From positions 1-39,784 of IMG/VR virus record IMGVR_UViG_3300005764_000036: 39,784 bases of DNA; one strand, 5' to 3'. Numbering within the stretch: the stretch's first letter is position 1; every line of letters starts with the position of its first letter. This document shows positions 1 to 8,690 of the stretch, one piece after another. The notes beneath the pieces are model-generated. The model was not told the origin of the DNA, did no database searches, and saw only the letters and a program-made list of their open reading frames with translations. The position numbers were made by a program, and so were the translations under genes. The stretch is from a virus. Its lineage: Duplodnaviria; Caudoviricetes.

Positions 1-128
1 GAGGCGTAGACGTCGTCGCGGAGTGTCGTCAGGGAATTGACAGGGGGGGTATGGGGTTTAGGTCACGGGGTCGGGGGTCTGCGGGGGGTGGGGTGCCGGT
101 CCTCAAGGGGTCCGGCCAGGGGGTGGGG
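1..128. other. Left part of putative cos/packaging region (G-tract rich, non-coding)
   Basis: Non-coding segment with many G4-G7 runs upstream of terS; joins the G-tract segment after the HNH gene (39718-39784). The exact cos cut site is not identifiable. Confidence 0.55.
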
Positions 129-129
129 A

Positions 130-312
130 ATGGATCTGGTGCTGTTGGTACTGGTCGTGGCGCTGGTCGGGTTTCTCGTCTACGTGATTACGACGAAGGT
201 CCAAATGCCGCCAGGGTGGGCGACGACGATCCAGGTGTTTACGCTGATCGTCCTGCTCTTGTGGCTGGTGTCGCATTTCGTCGTCCTGCCCAACGTCTTG
301 CCGAGGCGCTGA
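130..312 (+). CDS. Small two-TM membrane protein (Thivi_2564-like; holin candidate)
   Basis: ATG at 130; 60 aa MDLVLLVLVVALVGFLVYVITTKVQMPPGWATTIQVFTLIVLLLWLVSHF with two hydrophobic helices, an xMP turn and a basic C-terminus. Confidence 0.75.
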   Translation: MDLVLLVLVVALVGFLVYVITTKVQMPPGWATTIQVFTLIVLLLWLVSHFVVLPNVLPRR

Positions 313-313
313 C

Positions 314-805
314 ATGGCCGGCAAACCGACGCCGACGGCGCTCAAGGTGTTACGGGGCAATCCGGGCCGGCGGCCGCTCAATGCACGGGAACCGGAACCG
401 CCGGCGCTGGCCGAGGCGGTGCCCCGTGAGCTAACGGGCCGTGTCGCGCGGCGCGAATGGCGGCGGACGATCGCGCCGGCGATTCGGATCGGGATGATCA
501 CGGCGGCCGATCGGGCGCTGGCCATGCACTACTGCGTCTTGTTCGACACCTGGACGATGCAGATTGCCGAGGCGGCCAAGTCGCCGGACGTTCAGATCTA
601 CGGGAAAAACAATTTTGCAATGCCGAATGTGTCGCGGACGAACGCGAACAAAACGCTGCTACTGCTGACGAAGGTCGAGAGTCAGCTCGGCTTTACGCCG
701 ACGACGCGGCCGAAAGTCCAAGTGACGCCGGCCGTCAAACGGTGGGACGTGCCGGCGACGGGATCGGCGCTCGATCGGTTTCTGAAGAAACCGGGGCCGG
801 CGTAA
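314..805 (+). CDS. terS: Terminase small subunit, P27 family
   Basis: N-terminal KPTPTALKVLRGNPGRRPLN and C-terminal LGFTPTTR are typical of P27-family TerS; lies upstream of terL. Confidence 0.92.
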   Translation: MAGKPTPTALKVLRGNPGRRPLNAREPEPPALAEAVPRELTGRVARREWRRTIAPAIRIGMITAADRALAMHYCVLFDTWTMQIAEAAKSPDVQIYGKNNFAMPNVSRTNANKTLLLLTKVESQLGFTPTTRPKVQVTPAVKRWDVPATGSALDRFLKKPGPA

Positions 806-946
806 CCGGCGGCGCGCGGCGCTGCTCGGCGATCACGGCTTGCGCGGCGGCGCTCGAGGCGTCTTTCGAGAGCTGCGCGGGGTTAGCGACGAAGACAGTA
901 ATCCAGTGTAGCCAGCTAGGGAGCATGGGACGGGGATCGTAGCACG

Positions 947-2710
947 ATGACGAAGGCGGCCGCGAAACATCCAGTCAATCGGTACGCGCTCGGCGTCACG
1001 TCCGGGCGGATCGTCGCGTCGCGCCTCGTCGGCCAGGCGTGCCGACGCCATTTGGCGGATCTCGAGACGGGCGCGGCGCGCGGCCTCGTCTGGCGGCCGG
1101 ATCGGGCGCTCGAGGCGATCGAGTTCTTTCGCGAGATTCTGATCTTGCCGGAACGGACGGACGCGGCCGAGGCGATCGACGACACGAAAACGGCGGCCGA
1201 TCGCGTGCCGTTCGAGCTGCAGCCGTTCCAGGCGTTCATTGTCGGATCGGCGTTCGGGTGGTACACGGCCTCGGGCGCCAGGCGGTTCCGGGAGCTGTAT
1301 ATCGAGACGGCGAAAGGATCCGGCAAGACGCCGCTCGGCGCCGGGATCATGCTGTATCTACTCGTCGGCGACGGCGAGTACGGCGCGCAAGTCTACATTG
1401 CGGCGGTGACGAAGGAACAGGCGCGGCTGGCGTTTGTCGACGCCGAGAGTATGGTCGACGGGTCGCCGGCCTTGTCGGCGGTGCTCGAGAAAACGGCGAA
1501 CAACCTGGCGTTTCTCGCGCGCCGATCGTATCTGCGTGCCATTTCGTCGGAACGCCGCGGCCTCGACGGGAAACGCGTCCACGGCGCGCTCGTCGATGAG
1601 CTGCACGAACACGGGACGCCGATCGTCGTCAATAAAATGCGCGCCGGCGTCAAGGGCCGGCGCTCGGCGCTGATTGTCAAGATCACGAATAGCGGCTTCG
1701 ATCGCGCCTCGGTCTGTTGGTATCACCACGATTACAGCCGCAAAGTCCTCGACGGGACGGTAGCGAATGATTCCTGGTTCGCGTATATCGCGGGCCTCGA
1801 TCCGTGCGCGGAACACGTCGCGGCCGGCCGGTGGTTTCCGGCCGACGACTGTCCCGCGTGCGACGACTGGCGGACGGAAGGGCCGCATTGGCTGAAGGCG
1901 AATCCGAATCTCGGCGTCTCGCTGTCCTGGCAGTACTTACGGGAACGCGTCGAACAGGCCAAGGGCATGCCGTCGGAAGTCTCGGACGTGTTGCGGTTCA
2001 ATTTCTGTGTCTGGACGCAAGGCGTGTCCCGCGCGATCGACATGGGGAAATGGGCGGCGTGTGGGCCGGTGCCGGAGGACGCGGACCTGGTCGGCGCGGA
2101 ATGTTTCGGCGGGTTGGACCTGGGCGAAACGGACGATTTTTCGGCGTTCGCGCGGCTGTGGGTCCTCGAGGACGGCCGCGTCGTCGTCAAAGTGCGGTAC
2201 TGGGTGCCGGACGTGGCGCTGGAACGCTGGCCGAATCGGCCGTATGACGCCTGGCGGCGCGCCGGCCTCCTGACGGTGACGGACGGCGACGTCACGGACT
2301 ACGCGACGATCCGCGCGACGATTCTCGAGGATTGGAAAACGCTCGGCATGACGTCCGTGTTCTACGACACGAAAACGGCGCGCGAAACGGCGCAGCTCCT
2401 CACGGCCGAGGGCGTCGACATGGTCCCGATTACGCAAGGCTTCGCCTTACAGGAATCGATCAAGCGGCTCCTCGAGCTGATTGCCGCGGGGACGCTCTGC
2501 CACGGCAACGAAGAAATTCTGTCCTGGATGGCGTCGAATGTCGTCACGCTGACGAATGCGCGGAACGAACGGCGGATCGCGAAGGAACGATCGCCAGAAA
2601 AGATCGACGGGATCGCGGCGGTGCTCAACGCGATCGAGGGCGCGATCGTGCGGCGGGAACGGAAACCGGCGCCGACGTATCAAATCGAGTTTCTTGGCGG
2701 CGCGCCATGA
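947..2710 (+). CDS. terL: Terminase large subunit
   Basis: LQPFQ Q-motif, Walker A AKGSGKT, Walker B LVDELHEH, ITNSG coupling motif, nuclease GGLDL and KIDG motifs. Confidence 0.97.
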   Translation: MTKAAAKHPVNRYALGVTSGRIVASRLVGQACRRHLADLETGAARGLVWRPDRALEAIEFFREILILPERTDAAEAIDDTKTAADRVPFELQPFQAFIVGSAFGWYTASGARRFRELYIETAKGSGKTPLGAGIMLYLLVGDGEYGAQVYIAAVTKEQARLAFVDAESMVDGSPALSAVLEKTANNLAFLARRSYLRAISSERRGLDGKRVHGALVDELHEHGTPIVVNKMRAGVKGRRSALIVKITNSGFDRASVCWYHHDYSRKVLDGTVANDSWFAYIAGLDPCAEHVAAGRWFPADDCPACDDWRTEGPHWLKANPNLGVSLSWQYLRERVEQAKGMPSEVSDVLRFNFCVWTQGVSRAIDMGKWAACGPVPEDADLVGAECFGGLDLGETDDFSAFARLWVLEDGRVVVKVRYWVPDVALERWPNRPYDAWRRAGLLTVTDGDVTDYATIRATILEDWKTLGMTSVFYDTKTARETAQLLTAEGVDMVPITQGFALQESIKRLLELIAAGTLCHGNEEILSWMASNVVTLTNARNERRIAKERSPEKIDGIAAVLNAIEGAIVRRERKPAPTYQIEFLGGAP

Positions 2711-2904
2711 CGCCGAAGGATCCGACGCTCGTCGTCCTCACGGCCGGCCGGCGCGGCGGACGGCCGCCGGCGCCGGAACCGGGATCGCGGATTTCGTCCT
2801 GGGTGCCGGCGAAGGATCACGATCGGTTGATCCGCCTGGCGCGCGCGCGCGGCGTAAGTGTGTCGTCCGTGATTCGAGGTTTAGTTACTAGAAAACCGGA
2901 CTAG
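2707..2904 (+). CDS. Small ribbon-helix-helix-like DNA-binding protein
   Basis: ATGA overlap with the terL stop; GGRPP...ISSWVPAKDHDRLIRLARARGVSVSSVIRGLV fits an RHH/CopG pattern. Confidence 0.7.
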   Translation: MTPKDPTLVVLTAGRRGGRPPAPEPGSRISSWVPAKDHDRLIRLARARGVSVSSVIRGLVTRKPD

Positions 2905-2932
2905 CGCGGCCGCGGTCCGATGCTAGTACGCC

Positions 2933-4939
2933 GTGGGCGTTCTGCTCCGGCGCGCATATTCCACGTTTGAAATCAAGAGTCTCGAGGAGGACGCGCGCGT
3001 CATTCGCGGCATTGCGTCGACGCCGGAACCGGATCGCCTCGGCGACGTTCTGGACCCGAAAGGCGCGACGTATGCGCTGCCGCTGCCGCTGCTCTGGCAG
3101 CATCGCGCCGATCAACCGATCGGCACGGTGACGGCCGCCAAAGTTTCCAAAACCGGGATCGAGATTACGGCCGAGATCGCGAAAGTCGCGATCGCGCGCA
3201 TCGATGAGGCCTGGACGTTGATCAAGTCCGGCCTGGTGCGCGGGTTGTCGGTCGGTTTTCGGGCGACCGAAGAACCGGAACTGATCGAGAACGGCGATCA
3301 GCTCGGCTTTAAGTTCTCGGCCTGGGAATGGTTGGAACTGTCGGCGGTGACGATTCCGGCCAACGCCAGCGCCGGCATTCTCACGGTGAAAAGTGTGCGG
3401 GAATTCGATGCGCCGTACCTGGCCGCGCCTGGCGCGGGTCCGCGTGTCCTGGAAGTCCACAGCCGCGGCGTCGCGCGGCCGTCGGCGATTCGCCTGGTCG
3501 AATCGCCAGGCGGACGTATGAAAAAGCCATACAGCGAACAGATCCGGGATTGGGAAAACACGCGGCGCACGAAGGAAGATCGGCGCGGGGAGATTCTCGG
3601 GAAAACGGAGGCGGACGGTGTGTTGCCGGACGCGGCCGCCACGGAGGAACTCGAGACGCTCGAGACGGAGATCAAATCGATCAACGCGCATATTACGCGG
3701 CTGCAATCGCTCGAGGCGGAACAAGCGGCGGCCGCGAAGGCCGTCGTCGTGGCGTCGCCGGTGGCGGCCGCCGAATCGCGCGACAGTCGCGTCTCGGCCG
3801 TCCAGGTGAAAACGAATCTGCCGCTCGGCCAGGAATTCGTCCGCATGGCGATTTGCAAACTGCGCGCGTTTCTCGATCAAGGATCGCGATCGCCGCTCGA
3901 GTATGCGAAGGTGCTGTACCCGGACTGTCCGCGCATCGCGCAGTACCTCGCGAAGGCGAACGTGCCGGCGGCCAACACGATCGATCAAACGTGGGCTGGC
4001 GCGCTCGTCTCGCCGACGAATCTCGCGACGGAATTTCTCGAGTTCGTCCGGCCGGCGACGGTGCTCGGGAAATTCGGCATGAATGGCGTGCCGTCGTTGC
4101 GGCGCGTGCCGTTCAACATCCGGATCACGGGCCAGACGGCCGGCGGCACGGGCTACTGGGTCGGCCAGGGCGCCGCCAAACCATTGACGAAGGCGGCGTT
4201 CGACGCGCAAACGCTCCTCTGGACGAAGGTAGCGGCGATTTCGGTCCTCTCGGAAGAACTGGCGCGCTTCTCGACGCCGTCCGCGGAACTGATGATTCGG
4301 GAGGATCTGCGGGACGCGATCGTGCATCGCATCGATACCGATTTCATTGATCCGGCCAAGGCCGCGGTGGCCGCCGTCTCGCCGGCGTCGATCACGAATG
4401 GCGTCACGGCGCTGGTGTCGGCGGGCGCGTCGGCGGACGCGATTCGCGCCGACATTGCGACGATTGTCGGCGCCTACACGTCGACGAATCAGGACGTCAC
4501 CGGTCTGGTCCTGATCATGCCGGCCACGCTGGCGATGCAAGTCGGGTTACTCCGGACGCCACTGGGCCAACAGGAATTCCCGGGCGTGACGGCCGCGGGC
4601 GGCCAGATCGAAGGCATTCCGATCGTGACGTCGCAACACGCCACGCATGGGACGGCGCCGGTCAAGAACATGGTGATCGCGGTCAATACGCGGATGGTGC
4701 TCCTGGCCGACGACGATCAGGTCACGATCGACGCGTCGCGTGAAACCTCGTTGGAAATGTCGGACGCGCCCGTGTCGAACTCGGTCACGAACACGCCGCC
4801 GGCCGCGGCGTTGATCTCCATGTTCCAGACGAACTCGATCGCGTTGCGCGCGGAACGCTATGTCAATTGGGCGAAGGCGCGGCCGACGGCCGTCGTCTGG
4901 ATGGACGGCGTCGTCTGGGGATCGCCGACGGGATCGTAA
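2933..4939 (+). CDS. Prohead protease-major capsid protein fusion (HK97 fold)
   Basis: N-terminal S78-type protease (GIAST..DRLGD, LLWQH, GLSVGF, ELSAVTIPAN), a coiled-coil delta-like region from about 3518, then capsid domain (WVGQGAAKP, FQTNSIALRAERY). Confidence 0.95.
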   Translation: MGVLLRRAYSTFEIKSLEEDARVIRGIASTPEPDRLGDVLDPKGATYALPLPLLWQHRADQPIGTVTAAKVSKTGIEITAEIAKVAIARIDEAWTLIKSGLVRGLSVGFRATEEPELIENGDQLGFKFSAWEWLELSAVTIPANASAGILTVKSVREFDAPYLAAPGAGPRVLEVHSRGVARPSAIRLVESPGGRMKKPYSEQIRDWENTRRTKEDRRGEILGKTEADGVLPDAAATEELETLETEIKSINAHITRLQSLEAEQAAAAKAVVVASPVAAAESRDSRVSAVQVKTNLPLGQEFVRMAICKLRAFLDQGSRSPLEYAKVLYPDCPRIAQYLAKANVPAANTIDQTWAGALVSPTNLATEFLEFVRPATVLGKFGMNGVPSLRRVPFNIRITGQTAGGTGYWVGQGAAKPLTKAAFDAQTLLWTKVAAISVLSEELARFSTPSAELMIREDLRDAIVHRIDTDFIDPAKAAVAAVSPASITNGVTALVSAGASADAIRADIATIVGAYTSTNQDVTGLVLIMPATLAMQVGLLRTPLGQQEFPGVTAAGGQIEGIPIVTSQHATHGTAPVKNMVIAVNTRMVLLADDDQVTIDASRETSLEMSDAPVSNSVTNTPPAAALISMFQTNSIALRAERYVNWAKARPTAVVWMDGVVWGSPTGS

Positions 4940-4957
4940 ACGGGTTAGCCAGGACAG

Positions 4958-5004
4958 GCCTCGGCGGCGTCGTGTTCGGAGAGGGGGCGCGACGTCGCCG
5001 AGGC
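4958..5004 (+). promoter_or_regulatory. About 20-bp RNA hairpin downstream of the capsid gene
   Basis: GCCTCGGCGGCGTCGTGTTC pairs with GGGCGCGACGTCGCCGAGGC using G-U wobbles that only work on the + strand; no U tail. Confidence 0.65.
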
Positions 5005-5027
5005 GGACGGCCTCGAGGATCTGCATC

Positions 5028-5279
5028 GTGAAAACCGTTCCGATGATTGCGGCGGTCGGCTTTACGTATAAGGGGCGGCGGGTTGAGGCCGGCGAGACGT
5101 TTGACGCGGCGCCGGTCGAGGCGGCGATCTACGTCTATCGGCGTCAGGCGCGATTCGCGAACGCGCCAGGGTTGCGGCGCGACGTCGTTCCGGAGGCGCC
5201 GGCCGAGGCCGAGGCGCCGGCCGAGGCGGTCCCGCCTAAAGGCCGATCGAAACGGCGCGACGTGCGGCCGGAGGATTGA
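5028..5279 (+). CDS. Small head-module hypothetical protein
   Basis: GTG start after GAGGAT; ends KRRDVRPED; sits between capsid and portal. Confidence 0.75.
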   Translation: MKTVPMIAAVGFTYKGRRVEAGETFDAAPVEAAIYVYRRQARFANAPGLRRDVVPEAPAEAEAPAEAVPPKGRSKRRDVRPED

Positions 5280-5283
5280 TCCG

Positions 5284-6681
5284 GTGGAACTCTTCGGCCT
5301 GACGATCGCGCGGACGAAGGCGCTCCGTCAGGCGACGGCGCGTACCGCGGCGCAGCTCCAGGCGGTTGCCGGCGCCGGCCGCGGCGGCTGGTTTCCGATT
5401 GTGCGGGAACCGTGGCCGGGCGCCTGGCAGCAAAACGAAGAACTGCAATTGTCGAACGTCCTCACGTACGCCGTCGTCTATGCGTGCGTCACGTTGATCG
5501 CGTCCGATATCGGGAAACTCCGGATCAAACTGGTCGAAGAGGACGCCGACGGGATCACGACGGAGATCGAGAACTCGGCGTACAGTCCGGTCCTGCGGCG
5601 GCCGAATAGCTATCAGAACCGGATCAAGTTTCTCGAGAATTGGATCGTCTCGAAACTCCTCAACGGCAATACGTACGTCCTCAAGCAACGCGACACGCGC
5701 GGCGTCGTGACGGCGCAGTACATTCTCGATCCGGCGCGCGTCGTGCCGGCCGTCTCGCCGGACGGCGCGGTATTCTATCGGCTCCAGACCGATAACCTCG
5801 CGGGCCTCGAGGCGGACGTCACGGTCCCGGCGTCGGAAATCATTCACGATCTGATGGTGCCGTTGTATCACCCCTTGATCGGCGTCTCGCCGATCACGGC
5901 GTGCGGCCTGGCGGCCGTGCAAGGCCTCCACGTCCAGGGATCCTCGTCGGCGTTTTTCGGCAACGGCGCGAATCCGTCCGGCGTCCTCACGGCGCCCGGG
6001 CACATTCCGCCGGACGTCGTCGCGCGCCTGAAAACGACCTGGCAAACGGAATTCACCGGCGATAACGCCGGCAAGGTCGCCATTCTCGGCGACGGCCTGA
6101 AGTTCGAAGCAATGAGTATGAAAGCGATCGACGCGCAGCTCATTGAACAATTGCGCTGGACGGGGGAAAACGTCTGTACGGCGTTTCATGTGCCGGCCTA
6201 TATGGTCGGCGTTGGGCCGCCGCCGGCGTACAACAACGTGGAGGCGTTGCAACAACAGTACTACACGCAATGCTTGCAATCGTTGATCGAGTCGATCGAG
6301 TTACTCCTCGACGAAGGCCTGGCGCTGACGCCGGGTCTGTATACGGAGCTGGATCTCGACACGCTGCTCCGCATGGACACGACGACGAAAACGAAGGCGA
6401 CGGCGGATCTCCTGGGGTCCGGCGCCGTCTCGCCGAATGAGGCGCGCCGGCGCTGGTTCAATCTGCCGGCCGTCACGGGCGGCGAATCGCCGTACCTCCA
6501 GCAACAGAATTACAGCCTCGAGGCGTTGGCGAAACGCGACGCGCAACCGGATCCGTTTAGCAAAACGCCGCCAGCGGTGCCGGCGCCGATGCCGGCCGCG
6601 CGGGGCCTCGAGGCGTTCGACGCGCGCGCGATCGCGGAACTCGATCGGCTGCTCCGGCTGGAACTGGAGGCGCGGCCGTGA
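5284..6681 (+). CDS. Portal protein, HK97 family
   Basis: VYACVTLIASDI, LRRPNSYQ, LNGNTY, GVSPI, FFGNGANPSGVL and SPNEARR motifs; GTG start at 5284 after GAGGA. Confidence 0.96.
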   Translation: MELFGLTIARTKALRQATARTAAQLQAVAGAGRGGWFPIVREPWPGAWQQNEELQLSNVLTYAVVYACVTLIASDIGKLRIKLVEEDADGITTEIENSAYSPVLRRPNSYQNRIKFLENWIVSKLLNGNTYVLKQRDTRGVVTAQYILDPARVVPAVSPDGAVFYRLQTDNLAGLEADVTVPASEIIHDLMVPLYHPLIGVSPITACGLAAVQGLHVQGSSSAFFGNGANPSGVLTAPGHIPPDVVARLKTTWQTEFTGDNAGKVAILGDGLKFEAMSMKAIDAQLIEQLRWTGENVCTAFHVPAYMVGVGPPPAYNNVEALQQQYYTQCLQSLIESIELLLDEGLALTPGLYTELDLDTLLRMDTTTKTKATADLLGSGAVSPNEARRRWFNLPAVTGGESPYLQQQNYSLEALAKRDAQPDPFSKTPPAVPAPMPAARGLEAFDARAIAELDRLLRLELEARP

Positions 6682-7331
6682 GTGCGGATCTGGCGGGCCT
6701 GGTGCGCGGGATTGCGCCGGCGATTCGGGCGTTCGTGGCGTCCGGCCTCGAGGCGTTGGCCGCGCGCGTGGCCGTGCTCGAGGAGCGCGCGCCGGTGCCA
6801 GGGCCGGCGGGCCAGGCCGGGGCGTCCGGCGCGGCCGGCGAACGCGGCCTGGACGGCAAGGACGGCCGCGACGGGCGCGACGGCAAGGACGGCCGGGACG
6901 GCGTCGACGGCACGGACGGCGCCGCGGGCGCGCGCGGGCCGGCGGGCGCCGACGGCCTCGAGGGCGCGGATCTGGAGATCAGTCACGACGGCGAGCGGAC
7001 GTTTACATTCACTTGGAAACGCCGCGACGTGCTCGATGGCGATCGCCTCGAGGTTCGGCGGTTCGTCGTGCCGTGCGTGATCTATCGCGGCGTGTTTGAG
7101 GAAGGCCGGACGTATGCGGCCGGCGATTGTGTGACCTGGGGCGGCGCCATGTGGATCGCAAAGGCTGAGGCGACGGCGCGGCCAGGCCTGACGGCGATCG
7201 AGTCGCGGGTCTGGCAATTGAGCTGTAAGGCCGGCCGCGACGGGAAACCGGGGAAAGACGGGAAAGACGGCGCCCGCGGCAAGGACGGCACGGACGGGCG
7301 CGACTACGGACGGGCGGAATGGGCGCGTTGA
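6678..7331 (+). CDS. Collagen-like (Gly-X-Y) head-associated protein
   Basis: 19 GXY triplets (6801-6971), a YRGVF..G..Y..GDCVTWGGAMW domain, then 8 more GXY triplets (7233-7304). Confidence 0.85.
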   Translation: MSADLAGLVRGIAPAIRAFVASGLEALAARVAVLEERAPVPGPAGQAGASGAAGERGLDGKDGRDGRDGKDGRDGVDGTDGAAGARGPAGADGLEGADLEISHDGERTFTFTWKRRDVLDGDRLEVRRFVVPCVIYRGVFEEGRTYAAGDCVTWGGAMWIAKAEATARPGLTAIESRVWQLSCKAGRDGKPGKDGKDGARGKDGTDGRDYGRAEWAR

Positions 7332-7669
7332 TTACCTGGGATCAGGCGAAACGCGAACTCGGCCTCAGTGGCGACGATCAGATGGATCTGATCATGGCCA
7401 AGGCCGAGACGGCCTCGGCGATGGTACTGAACCGGATCGCGGCGTACGTGACGCGGGAGGCGCCGGTCTGGACCGAGGCGACCGATCCGGCGGCCGATCC
7501 GGTGTTCGCGCAAGTCCAGGCGGCGGTCCTGGCGCAAACGTGCGCGTTGTATCGGTTCCGCGGGGACGACGAAGGCCGGGACAGTCGGGACGATTTCAAC
7601 GCGAAATTTGATCTCGATCCGATGGTCGTTCGGATTGTCGCGCAAATCGAGGATCCGACATGTGCGTAG
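7319..7669 (+). CDS. Head-tail connector (gp6/gp15-like)
   Basis: LITWDQAKREL N-terminus and VQAAVL...LYRFRG motif; position after the portal region. Confidence 0.8.
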   Translation: MGALITWDQAKRELGLSGDDQMDLIMAKAETASAMVLNRIAAYVTREAPVWTEATDPAADPVFAQVQAAVLAQTCALYRFRGDDEGRDSRDDFNAKFDLDPMVVRIVAQIEDPTCA

Positions 7670-8301
7670 TGGCGCGGTCGTGGGCCGGCGACACGGTGGC
7701 GATTTGCGCCACGGGGCCGAGTCTCGCGGCGGCCGACGTCGCGGCGCTGCGCGGGAAGGTGCGCGTCGTCGCCGTCAATGACGCCGTCCGCCTGGTCCCG
7801 TGGGCCGACGTCCTCTATTCGTCCGATGCGCGGTGGTGGAAACACTACCGCGGCGTGCCGGAGTTTCCAGGCGCCAAGTACGCGATCGGATCGGCGCCTG
7901 GACGGGCAGAACCGATCGCGCCGTACCTCGAGATCGGCGTGTTACGCCACGCGGGAACGGACGGGTTGGCGCGTGATCCGGACAGTCTGAAATCGGGCGA
8001 CCATTCCGGGTATGCGGCGATCAATCTGGCCGTCCATTACGGCGTCGCGCGGATTCTGCTGCTCGGCTATGACTTGGGCGCGCCGGCCGTCGGGCCGTCG
8101 CATTTCTTCGGCCGCCATCCGGCGGGGTTGCCGGAAACCTCGGAGACGCTGTACGCGCGGTTCCGATCGCACTACCGGACGATCGTCGACGTCCTGACAT
8201 TGATCGGGGTTGAGGTCTTGAACTGTACGCCGGCCTCGAGGCTGGACGCCTTTCCGAGACGGTCGCTGCTCGAGGCGCTCGAGGTCGGCGTATGCCGGTA
8301 A
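7660..8301 (+). CDS. Maf/DUF115/sialyltransferase-like (GT29/GT42-related fold) protein
   Basis: AICATGPSL, VVAVND, SGYAAINLAVHYG..ILLLGYD and VEVLNCTPASRLDAFP motifs; start may be GTG 7669. Confidence 0.65.
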   Translation: MCVVARSWAGDTVAICATGPSLAAADVAALRGKVRVVAVNDAVRLVPWADVLYSSDARWWKHYRGVPEFPGAKYAIGSAPGRAEPIAPYLEIGVLRHAGTDGLARDPDSLKSGDHSGYAAINLAVHYGVARILLLGYDLGAPAVGPSHFFGRHPAGLPETSETLYARFRSHYRTIVDVLTLIGVEVLNCTPASRLDAFPRRSLLEALEVGVCR

Positions 8302-8690
8302 TTCGACGCGGACGCGACGCGGGGCCGGACAGTTCGGGCCGGCGCGATCGGTACGTGCTAATTCAGTGGCGGCCGGCCCCGGATGACGTTGAGGCCTCCG
8401 GCTTGCCGAAGGACGACTGGAGCGATTACCGATCGGTCTACATGAGTCGCGGCGTGATGGCGTTTGATGAACGATTCGTCGCCGATCAAATCTCGGCCAC
8501 GGAACAAATGGTTTGGCAGTGCGAATACCTGGCCGATTTGGATCCGGACGTGGTCGACGTGCCGAAGCGGGTCCGGCTGATCTACGGCGGCCGGCCGTTC
8601 AACGTCCTCGGCGCCTCCGTCATTGGCCGCGGCCGCGCGATCGAATTCATTACGTCGGCCGGGACCACGCTCGCCGAGGCCGTGTCATGA
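8292..8690 (+). CDS. Head closure / head-tail adaptor (SPP1 gp16-like)
   Basis: R..VLIQ, ERF.ADQ and RLIYGGRPFNVLG pattern; position in the neck module. Confidence 0.8.
   Translation: MPVIRRGRDAGPDSSGRRDRYVLIQWRPAPDDVEASGLPKDDWSDYRSVYMSRGVMAFDERFVADQISATEQMVWQCEYLADLDPDVVDVPKRVRLIYGGRPFNVLGASVIGRGRAIEFITSAGTTLAEAVS

Noticed and set aside
37-129. N-terminal extension of the first ORF from TTG 37
   Set aside because: Gly-rich translation of the G tracts; ATG 130 gives a coherent membrane protein.
2888-4540. 550-aa antisense ORF
   Set aside because: Arg-rich shadow of the capsid gene, expected at high GC.
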